Virus record (IMG/VR): IMGVR_UViG_3300042860_000755 | Span: 1-59,275 of that record | Length of the DNA stretch: 59,275 bases | Strand: one strand, 5' to 3' | DNA from: a virus | Lineage: Duplodnaviria; Caudoviricetes | Part shown: piece after piece, positions 48,785 to 56,188 of the stretch | Layout of the letters: every line of letters starts with the position of its first letter | Position numbering within the stretch: position 1 is the stretch's first letter | Notes under the pieces: model-generated | Told to the model about the DNA's origin: nothing | Database searches by the model: none | Seen by the model: only the letters and a program-made list of their open reading frames with translations | Program-made: the position numbers and the translations under genes

Positions 48785-49018
48785 TTAAACGCGCCGCGCA
48801 TAGTTGACTGCGCTGCGCAGGTTGTTGAATGTATTGGCCCTCAGTGGGCCGTCTGTCGTCTTGATGTAGACCGAGAATGCCAGCCCATCAAAGGCGATGT
48901 ATCGCTCCCCGTGGCCCAGGTATCGCTCATCATCGACTAGGTCAACGATGCCGTCGAGGGCGTATGCTTGTTTTAAAAACACGGGGTGCCGGTTTGTCAC
49001 TGCTCTGATGGTTCTCAT
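48785..49018 (-). CDS. Hypothetical protein
   Basis: ATGA-coupled to the vWA gene. Confidence 0.55.
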   Translation of the reverse strand: MRTIRAVTNRHPVFLKQAYALDGIVDLVDDERYLGHGERYIAFDGLAFSVYIKTTDGPLRANTFNNLRSAVNYARRV

Positions 49019-50589
49019 GCGGCCAGCTTGATCTGCTTGAACGACACTGTGCCCAGGTCGCCAACGTCAGTGATCCGCACCGACTGCGGGTAGACATTTG
49101 CAACGTCCTGCTCGATGCCGATGCCGATGGTGGTGATCCCCAGGTTATTGCCTGCCAAGCATTGCTGCCGCACTGCCATAGGCTTGCCGATGCCATCGGT
49201 GATGACAAAGCAAATCTTGCGCTGCTCGGGCCGACTGAGCAGCAGCTTGTGGGCATACCGCACCGCAAAGTAGTCGTTGGTTGACCCGCCGTTGCAAATG
49301 CTGTTGATCTTTGCCGCAGCCTTGAGCGAGTGTTCTCCCCAGGGCTTGACCACTGAAGTGAACGAACCAAAGGCAAGGACGCAGGTCTCGACCTGGGCCT
49401 TTTGCAAAGTATCCAGCAGCGCCCGGGTTGCCATAGCAGCCTGGACGATGCGGTTGCTCATGTCGTACCTTTTATTTTTCTTGCCGTCATCAAACATCGA
49501 GCCCGAAACATCGAGACAGATCACCACCGCAGAGTCGATCCCCTCGACCGCATGGCGGCGCTGGAACAGCTTGTCAGTGGTGCCGATCTTGTGCAGGGCC
49601 GAGACATTGATGGAGCCAGACCGACGGTTGCGCTGGAAGTCCTCGCGCCCAGAGTTGTCGAACAGGCGCTTGACCTCATACCGCAGCCGCGCAGGCACCG
49701 CCAGTTGATCGTTGAGCCAGTGATGCCGCAGGTGATGATTAGGCTCAGTCAGCGTGGCATTCTCAGACCATCCCCCGATGCCAGCCTTGCCCTCGGGCAT
49801 ATTGATGGAGGGTTCGACCTCGACTGCCTCGTCAGATTTTTTAGGAGCCCGAGCAGAGCCGGGGCTTTTGTGCGGGTTGTCGTCGAGCCTGGAGCCCTTA
49901 TCGGCCTTGCCTGCACCCTCACCCTTGCCGTCATCAGATGGAGCCTCTGAGGGGCTTTTGGGAGCCTTGGCGGGGCTGTTTTTGGGCAGAGCCTGGAGTT
50001 GATCCATGATCCACTCAGCCAGGGCCAGCGTGTCCTTGGATGAGCGGCAGGCATCAATCCGCTGAGTCGCGCCGATGATGACGGGCTCCAGGCCAGCAGG
50101 CACCGGGACATGGGTGTTCAGATGCCGCCGCAGGTAGACCGCGAAGATAAACGGGTATTGAGCAGGGTCTGCCCAATCAGTCACCGTGGCATTGGCCTCG
50201 CCAACGATCTGATCCAGCAGCGCCGTCAGCAGCCCATCGATGTTGCCGGTCAGCTTGGCATCGATCCCGGTGTGCTCGATCCATGCATCCTCGACCGCAT
50301 TGTGCAGTTGGTTGACGTACTGGTCACCATGATTGACGTTGAAGTTGGTATATTTTTGATGCAGCAGTTCATGTACCACAAACCCGACATAGCGCTGAAC
50401 GTCAATGTCGTAAAGCACTGCATCATCAGCAACGTCAGCGAAGTAAATGTCGCCGTCCTTGTTGGTGCCTGCGGTCTGAATGCCTGCATGCCAGTTGATG
50501 GTTCTGATGGCTGCACCAAACTCGGCTGCAACCTTGCGCGTCAAATTTTCAACTGCCTGTTTAAACTGGAACCCGTGATAGCGTTTCAT
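49015..50589 (-). CDS. CobT-like vWA protein with N-terminal HExxH domain
   Basis: VHELLH...NAVED; MIDAS DVSGS, GGST, VITDG. Confidence 0.8.
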   Translation of the reverse strand: MKRYHGFQFKQAVENLTRKVAAEFGAAIRTINWHAGIQTAGTNKDGDIYFADVADDAVLYDIDVQRYVGFVVHELLHQKYTNFNVNHGDQYVNQLHNAVEDAWIEHTGIDAKLTGNIDGLLTALLDQIVGEANATVTDWADPAQYPFIFAVYLRRHLNTHVPVPAGLEPVIIGATQRIDACRSSKDTLALAEWIMDQLQALPKNSPAKAPKSPSEAPSDDGKGEGAGKADKGSRLDDNPHKSPGSARAPKKSDEAVEVEPSINMPEGKAGIGGWSENATLTEPNHHLRHHWLNDQLAVPARLRYEVKRLFDNSGREDFQRNRRSGSINVSALHKIGTTDKLFQRRHAVEGIDSAVVICLDVSGSMFDDGKKNKRYDMSNRIVQAAMATRALLDTLQKAQVETCVLAFGSFTSVVKPWGEHSLKAAAKINSICNGGSTNDYFAVRYAHKLLLSRPEQRKICFVITDGIGKPMAVRQQCLAGNNLGITTIGIGIEQDVANVYPQSVRITDVGDLGTVSFKQIKLAA

Positions 50590-50597
50590 GATTTACC

Positions 50598-52034
50598 TCA
50601 AATGTTGTCGTTGAAAAAGTCAATGTTGATGCAGGCATCGAAGATGCCCATCAGCGTGGCGTGAGATTCGACGGGTTGCCGAGCAACGACAGTGGTCGTC
50701 CAAGCCTCACGCAGGGGCAGCACTTGTATTGCCCTGGCAAAGGCAATCGCCGAGCGAATCGAGGGTGCGTCCACAATGTCGGCACTCTTGACCTTGTGCC
50801 GTGCAACCTCGATGGCGTGGTGGATAGCCATGGCGATAGCCTTGTTGCAGCCAGCGCGGCGGGTGATAGCCTCGATCTCAGAGTCCTTTGGCAGGTAGTC
50901 AAACTGGATCACCCGAGAGAAACGATCCACCAGGGCACTGTTCTGCATCCGGGTGCCGGCGTGTCTACCACTGTCGTCACCATTGCCAAAGGTGTTATCG
51001 GCAACGAAAACCAGCACCCCCTCGGCGCGGGTATGGGTAAGACCACCAAACGATACGGCGGCGTTGGGCTCCAGAAAACCATTCAGCGTTGCCAGTTCGC
51101 CAGGGTCAGCGTTGGTGACCTCATCCAGCAGGATGACGGTCGAGGGCATGGCATAGGCCAGCAAAAAGTCTTTTGGCTGGAACACCGTCTTGTTGTTCTC
51201 AAAGCCAGTCGCTCCGACATACTCTTCGACGGTTGTGTGCTTGTGGAAGTTGATGCGTTTAAACCCGCGTCCGGTACGGGCTGCAAACTGTCGGGCAGTC
51301 TCAGACTTGCCGGTGCCCTTCTCGCCGCCAAACCAAAGGTTCTCGCCCGTCCAATCAGATAGCAGCAGGTGCTTGAGAATGCCCTCAGTCCAGATGAAAT
51401 CGGGGTCTACCGCCGGGGCTTGGGGGTGGTTCCACAGGTCAACCATCAGCGGCTGACCCTTAACATCGAAAACATCGATGCCGAAAACCTCAAGGCAGGT
51501 CTTGCTGCTGGTGCGGTGCGCGGCGGTCTGGTCGGCCACAACCTGTTGGGCACCCGCATCCTCGATGCGTTTAGACCAGCGTGAAAAATGGTCGCCGATT
51601 ATTGCGTCCACTGCTACCTTAATGCTACGGTCATCAATCTTGATGCCTTTGATCTTGTCGGTCAGTGTGTTGGCCTTGTGCTCGACGCGAGCCATTGTCT
51701 GGATCACTGCGCTGATGTTAGCCTGGAGGTCATCGACCCGATTGAGGGCCGACAGGGCATCGGCTTTGGCATCAGATGCAACCTGCGAGGCGGCATCAAC
51801 CTTGGCACCGATGGCGGGGTCAAAGGTCGGCGCGGCCTTGAAGACCGATGGGGTTGCGGCCATGATGTTGTTCATGCTGATGGTTCCAGCATCGACCGCC
51901 TCGGCCAGCCAGCGGCTTGCATCGGTCTTGGTTATCCCGGCCTGTGGGTTGGGGTGGTATTGGTTATAGGCACCTGCCACAACGGGCAGGGGCAGACGGG
52001 CGATCTGGATGACGATCTGGGAGAGGTTTGCCAT
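50598..52034 (-). CDS. MoxR/CobS/CbbQ-like AAA+ ATPase
   Basis: Walker A GEKGTGKS, Walker B ILLDE, ALVDRF, PSIR. Confidence 0.85.
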   Translation of the reverse strand: MANLSQIVIQIARLPLPVVAGAYNQYHPNPQAGITKTDASRWLAEAVDAGTISMNNIMAATPSVFKAAPTFDPAIGAKVDAASQVASDAKADALSALNRVDDLQANISAVIQTMARVEHKANTLTDKIKGIKIDDRSIKVAVDAIIGDHFSRWSKRIEDAGAQQVVADQTAAHRTSSKTCLEVFGIDVFDVKGQPLMVDLWNHPQAPAVDPDFIWTEGILKHLLLSDWTGENLWFGGEKGTGKSETARQFAARTGRGFKRINFHKHTTVEEYVGATGFENNKTVFQPKDFLLAYAMPSTVILLDEVTNADPGELATLNGFLEPNAAVSFGGLTHTRAEGVLVFVADNTFGNGDDSGRHAGTRMQNSALVDRFSRVIQFDYLPKDSEIEAITRRAGCNKAIAMAIHHAIEVARHKVKSADIVDAPSIRSAIAFARAIQVLPLREAWTTTVVARQPVESHATLMGIFDACINIDFFNDNI

Positions 52035-52052
52035 GATTCACTTTCGGTTGGG

Positions 52053-52628
52053 TTACAGGGAGAGGGTATCGCCACAAGGGCAGGTGGGCAGACCTTGCGC
52101 TGCCCATTTGGTGGACAGGCGCACGGTATACCCGCAGGAGGGGCACTCGGCCTTGAGCATTCGAGTGGTTTGCTTTTTCAGTTGTCGGTCAGACTTCAAC
52201 TCGGCATGGGGGTAGTCGCCCAGGCTGGTGATGATGGCAGCGTAGACCGCCAAAAAGTCAGCATCCCCAACAGTTGACTTCCAAGGTTGACGGCCCGAGC
52301 CAGTGGCCTGGAGGTGCATGGCGGCGGCGATCTTTTGGAAGTTGACCCCATGGTTGAATGCGCCGGCAGTGGCATGGCACAACTCATGGATCAGCACTTC
52401 GAAGACCTTGACGGGGTCAGCCAGCTTGGGATGCACCAAAATCTCAAAGGTGCCATCTGCGCTGGCGGTGTTGATCCAGCACTCACCGATAGCACCCGAC
52501 CGCAGGGCGGTGGACGGGAAGCCGCAAGAGACCCGCACCTTGGCAGGCAGGGGCTTGCTGTACAGGTCGAACAGGGGCCGGACTTCCTCGACTCCGGCAC
52601 TGAGCCATTCTTCACGGGTTGAATACAT
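52053..52628 (-). CDS. SprT-like zinc metalloprotease with Zn ribbon
   Basis: LIHELCH...HG..F; CPSCGY...CPC. Confidence 0.75.
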   Translation of the reverse strand: MYSTREEWLSAGVEEVRPLFDLYSKPLPAKVRVSCGFPSTALRSGAIGECWINTASADGTFEILVHPKLADPVKVFEVLIHELCHATAGAFNHGVNFQKIAAAMHLQATGSGRQPWKSTVGDADFLAVYAAIITSLGDYPHAELKSDRQLKKQTTRMLKAECPSCGYTVRLSTKWAAQGLPTCPCGDTLSL

Positions 52629-52695
52629 GATGCACCTTTAAACGGGGATGAGCCCCGATAATATCAGGGCGCAAGGGTTGATGATATTTAGTTGA

Positions 52696-52851
52696 TCAGT
52701 CCGAGGGGTCATTCAGCGCCTCGGTCAGGACATGACCAGCGAACACGCCGCCAATCACCAGGGCAAGGTCGGTCAGCCAGTAGTGCCCCCATCCGAAAGT
52801 GATGAGGGCTGCGGCGGTAGCGCCAGAGGCGAGCAGGTGGGCGTGTCTCAT
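52696..52851 (-). CDS. Small membrane protein
   Basis: MRHAHLLASGATAAALITFGW...; ATGA coupling. Confidence 0.45.
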   Translation of the reverse strand: MRHAHLLASGATAAALITFGWGHYWLTDLALVIGGVFAGHVLTEALNDPSD

Positions 52852-52967
52852 GCGGCCCCCATCAACAATTTTTTGAGGGCCGGGACAGACCGCCCACTGA
52901 TGCGGGACAGGTCTGCGAGGGTGATGTTGGTGCTATCAAACAGATCGACAATTTGCTGGTCAGTCAT
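52848..52967 (-). CDS. Very small HTH-like protein
   Basis: MTDQQIVDLFDSTNITLADLSRISGRSVPALKKLLM; CCGGAG RBS. Confidence 0.55.
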   Translation of the reverse strand: MTDQQIVDLFDSTNITLADLSRISGRSVPALKKLLMGAA

Positions 52968-53081
52968 GGTGGGGTCTCCGGTTTAAAAGGGATACGGGTC
53001 TGCGGTCAGACAGGCAGCAGGCCAGGGCCTGCCCTACATGCGACCGCCAGAGGTTGATCTTGCCGATGGTCAGGGGTCTCA

Positions 53082-53291
53082 TCAGTTGTGCTTGGGGTAG
53101 GCGTAGTACACGCCGCGCTCGACCTGCTCGACCCTGTAACCTCGGCGGCGCAGTGCCAGGATCACGGGGATAGACCAGGGCTTGCAAGGCCCGGTCTCCA
53201 TGTAGAGTGCCCCATCGTTGTGCGAGTTGTCGTCTTCCTCGATCATGCGGATCGCCCACTCAGTGGTCGGTTTCCATTTGTTCCAATCCAT
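53082..53291 (-). CDS. Hypothetical early protein
   Basis: AACCGGAGAACGAACC-ATG start motif. Confidence 0.6.
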   Translation of the reverse strand: MDWNKWKPTTEWAIRMIEEDDNSHNDGALYMETGPCKPWSIPVILALRRRGYRVEQVERGVYYAYPKHN

Positions 53292-53306
53292 GGTTCGTTC
53301 TCCGGT

Positions 53307-53486
53307 TTAAACGTTGTTGATGATGGTCAGGACGGTGTAAACGCGAACACCGCGCCGAGCCAATTGCTTGGCGTCATGGGTGATGCCGATCTTGGCCCCG
53401 CGCAGAGTCTTGTATTGCTTGCCCGTCTCGGCCCACAAGTAGCCGAGTTGGTTGCGAATCAGGGTCACTGATTGGGTCTTATGCAT
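53307..53486 (-). CDS. Hypothetical early protein (59 aa, not in ORF track)
   Basis: MHKTQSV...YKTLRGAKIGIT; TGATG coupling. Confidence 0.55.
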   Translation of the reverse strand: MHKTQSVTLIRNQLGYLWAETGKQYKTLRGAKIGITHDAKQLARRGVRVYTVLTIINNV

Positions 53487-53614
53487 CAGCCCCCCCGATT
53501 CAGGTGGGCAAGGGCTGCGGCACGGGAATCGAACCGGCCACTGATCGGGGTCTGATGGGGGCCGCGAACAATGAACCAGCCGCCGAGCAGGCGGTTAAAG
53601 ATGATGCGTGGCAT
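53486..53614 (-). CDS. Small early protein
   Basis: MPRIIFNRLLGGWFIVRGPHQTPISGRF. Confidence 0.55.
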   Translation of the reverse strand: MPRIIFNRLLGGWFIVRGPHQTPISGRFDSRAAALAHLNRGG

Positions 53615-53624
53615 GGCGATCCTT

Positions 53625-53855
53625 TCAGGTAGCGGTTGCAACAGCGTAGAAGTCATGCTGGCCCTCGCATCCGACATGGGTCATGCGGTCAGGGTGAAAC
53701 CCGTGGATGGATTGAATGGCGGCGCGGTTGGCGTTATGTGCGCCGTGGTCATAGGGCACGGTGCGGGTGCATCCCGTGGTGATGCACTTGACGGTGATGG
53801 TTGAACCCCGGGAGTCAGTGGCGGGGTTGTGGCGGGTTTTGTAAAGGGTGATCAT
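53625..53855 (-). CDS. Hypothetical early protein
   Basis: TRHNPATDSRGSTITVK; CCGGAG RBS. Confidence 0.6.
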   Translation of the reverse strand: MITLYKTRHNPATDSRGSTITVKCITTGCTRTVPYDHGAHNANRAAIQSIHGFHPDRMTHVGCEGQHDFYAVATAT

Positions 53856-53875
53856 GGTTGCTCTCCGGGTTGGTT

Positions 53876-53927
53876 GCATGAGACCCCCTGCCGGGGGTTT
53901 CGCCTATTCAAGGCTCATCAGTCATGC
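53876..53927 (-). ncRNA. Type I hammerhead ribozyme
   Basis: Minus strand reads GCAUGA CUGAUGA GCCU-UGAAU-AGGC GAAA CCCCC-GGCA-GGGGG UC^UCAUGC: complete catalytic core, three paired stems, GUC cleavage triplet. Confidence 0.9.
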
Positions 53928-54083
53928 TGTTTTGACGGGGTAATTGCACATTTCATAGAACAGGGCTGCGTCAGCCTGGGCCAGCAGGATTTCAGCGAAG
54001 GGGTGTTTGCGGCTGTAGGCCATCACGGCGGCATGGTTGGCTGCGGTAGGGTTGGCGCGGTAGCGGTTAAGCAGTGCTTTCAT
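53922..54083 (-). CDS. First gene of the early operon
   Basis: MKALLNRYRANP...YSRKHPFA; AACCGGAGAACGAACC-ATG. Confidence 0.6.
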   Translation of the reverse strand: MKALLNRYRANPTAANHAAVMAYSRKHPFAEILLAQADAALFYEMCNYPVKTA

Positions 54084-54361
54084 GGTTCGTTCTCCGGTTA
54101 AGTGCGGGATGCACTCCAATGCCCAGACGGGCATCAGGCTGCAAACAGCAACTCCAATGTGGGAGTAGATGTTTATCTACCGTCGTGATTGACGGTGCAG
54201 GGCGTGTCCCCTGCCTGTATTGAACCCGTTGCCGGGGAAAGCCTGAAAGCTTTTTACCTCCACAGACCGACCTTATCGCGGGCCGTTCGCACTAGACTCG
54301 ATCGTCTCTGCCTCGCTAGCACTATCAAGCAATCACTTGATATCACTAGGGCATGGAACGG

Positions 54362-54390
54362 ACTGTAGCGGGTTTAAACCAGCCTGTCAA
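54362..54390 (-). promoter_or_regulatory. Leftward (early) sigma70 promoter
   Basis: Minus strand TTGACA-17 bp-TACAGT with GTTTAAAC in the spacer. Confidence 0.7.
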
Positions 54391-54419
54391 CAACCCCACG
54401 ATTTAGTCGGGTATTAGAC

Positions 54420-54445
54420 CCGCAAGGGGTTGCCGCAAGGGGTTG
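54420..54445. repeat. 13-bp tandem repeat
   Basis: CCGCAAGGGGTTG x2. Confidence 0.8.
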
Positions 54446-54582
54446 CGGTTGGCATATATATGTGGCCCAAGGATTCAAGGAATGGGTTACAGGGCGCTGG
54501 AAGGGGTTCAGGCGGGGTAGGTATCAACCAGACCAATACGGCGGCAGGAAGGCATGGTTGCAATGAAAAAGTTTTACTTTAG

Positions 54583-54787
54583 TTATCCACAATGGTGTGG
54601 ACAAGTCAAAGTTATCCACAGCCTGTGGACAAGTTTTGTAGTACTTGAGTATTGCAACCAGGGTTTAAACGGGCGATCGTGGCCTGGGTAAGGGGTAGGG
54701 TAGGGTAAGTGGTTTTTGACGCGAAACTTACAACTTCTGTGGATAAGTTGTGGATGACGGTTGGAGTTATTCACAGCCTGTGGATAA
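54583..54787. promoter_or_regulatory. Cluster of eight DnaA boxes
   Basis: TTATCCACA 54583, 54612; TGTGGATAA 54738, 54779; TTATTCACA 54767; TGTGGACAA 54596, 54624; TGTGGATGA 54749. Confidence 0.85.
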
Positions 54788-54844
54788 CCTGATAGACTGC
54801 GATGCGAACGGTGGTTCAGGTTTAAACGGTGAAGGGGTGATGCG

Positions 54845-55540
54845 ATGGGCATGGGGAATGATCAGATGCGGGGCAATGGCAGGGCGACAAAAGATGATCT
54901 ACTGCGAAGGCTGGAGGAAGTGATGCTCGATGGTGATGGAAACCAGAACGATCAAGAGCCCGGACTGAGCGAAGCGGAGCGGTTAGCCAGAGACGCAGTT
55001 CCCCCAAAGCGTAGGGTAGACGGAGAGATGGTCGGAACACCCAGAGCAAAGCCAATGACAAGCTCCATGATGGAGTTCGCCAAAGGGCTTATAGAGGGAA
55101 AGACACAGTTAGAGGCGTACCAGAACGCATACCCCAATGGGAAGGCAACAGATAGGACACTGAAGACAGCAGCATGGAAGCTAGCGCAAGACCCAAGGAT
55201 ACAAAGGATGCTGCAAGAGCATTGGGGTCAGACAGTGGAAGCGCTGACGGATGATGCAGTGGCGGTGAAACGATATGTGATCAAGTCGCTGCTGGAGTTG
55301 AGCAAAGAAGCAAAGCAGGAGGGCTCCAAACTCAAGGCACTGGAGTTGATGGGCAAGACAGTGGGAATGTTTAAACAGACTGTGCAAGAGGATGACGACA
55401 GTGTGACCGCAGACCAACTGAAGCAAGAGCTTGCGAAGCACATGCGTCTAGTGGGCAATGTGCGTAGAGTGAGCAAGGCGCAGATCATTGAACTGCCCTC
55501 TACGGTCATCAGTGAGCCGGTGGAGCGAGGACAGGTTTAA
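54845..55540 (+). CDS. Terminase small subunit (start uncertain)
   Basis: FAKGLIEGKTQLEAYQNAY...AAWKL..PRI HTH and KLKALELMGKTVGMF; upstream of TerL. Confidence 0.75.
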   Translation: MGMGNDQMRGNGRATKDDLLRRLEEVMLDGDGNQNDQEPGLSEAERLARDAVPPKRRVDGEMVGTPRAKPMTSSMMEFAKGLIEGKTQLEAYQNAYPNGKATDRTLKTAAWKLAQDPRIQRMLQEHWGQTVEALTDDAVAVKRYVIKSLLELSKEAKQEGSKLKALELMGKTVGMFKQTVQEDDDSVTADQLKQELAKHMRLVGNVRRVSKAQIIELPSTVISEPVERGQV

Positions 55541-55735
55541 ACGGGGGAGTGGCATCAGTGATGGCTGGGAGGGAGGGAGAGACACCCCCACCCCCCGCTT
55601 TGGCAGATGGGTCCCCCTCCTCGCCTTACGCTCGATTCCACTCATCCGATCATCCCCAAACACAAACGTTCGCACCCACCCCCATCCATTTCCAATTCCC
55701 AACCCCCACCCCTATATATTTTTGAAATTACTGAC

Positions 55736-55779
55736 TTGCAAACGTTCGCTATTGTGTTTAAACTTTGTTTGGTTTAAAC
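55736..55779 (+). promoter_or_regulatory. Putative sigma70 promoter with two GTTTAAAC sites
   Basis: TTGCAA-17 bp-TAAACT; GTTTAAAC at 55756 overlapping the -10 and at 55772. Confidence 0.55.
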
Positions 55780-55794
55780 GCGGATTGTTTAAGG

Positions 55795-55986
55795 ATGATT
55801 GATTACGCCCACCCCACGATGATGGCTGAGAAGGCTTTGAGGGAGCTTCATGAGGCGATGCTTGCTCGCAGGTTTGAGGATGCGCGTCAGGCGGCTTTGC
55901 GGTGCATGGTTGAGTGCAAGATTGCGTACCACAGCATTCGGGTGATGGAAGAGGAATATGTCAGCAAAGCATCAACTCGTGCTTGA
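55795..55986 (+). CDS. Hypothetical protein
   Basis: MIDYAHPTMMAEKAL; helical. Confidence 0.55.
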   Translation: MIDYAHPTMMAEKALRELHEAMLARRFEDARQAALRCMVECKIAYHSIRVMEEEYVSKASTRA

Positions 55987-56188
55987 TTTCATCCGGGCGT
56001 ACATTCGGCTTCATGGGATGTCTCCTTCTTACCAGACGATTGCTTCTGGTGTGGGGATGAAGTCAAAGGCGAATATTCACCGGATCATCCATAAGTTGCA
56101 GGATGAGGGGCTTTTGACTATTCGCCCCTACAAGTTCAATTCGATCAAGTTGATTGACCGCAGTGCTCGTGAGGTGTCTGCTCTATGA
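55958..56188 (+). CDS. LexA-like winged-helix DNA-binding domain protein (no peptidase domain)
   Basis: VLDFIRAYIRLHGMSPSYQTIASGVGMKSKANIHRIIHKLQDEG. Confidence 0.75.
   Translation: MSAKHQLVLDFIRAYIRLHGMSPSYQTIASGVGMKSKANIHRIIHKLQDEGLLTIRPYKFNSIKLIDRSAREVSAL

Noticed and set aside
49015-52034. cobS/cobT as cobalamin auxiliary metabolic genes
   Set aside because: No cobN or other pathway genes; only generic MoxR AAA+/vWA motifs are supported.
53070-53090. Second minus-strand CTGATGAG
   Set aside because: No stem II or GAAA follows; it is a TGATG stop/start overlap.
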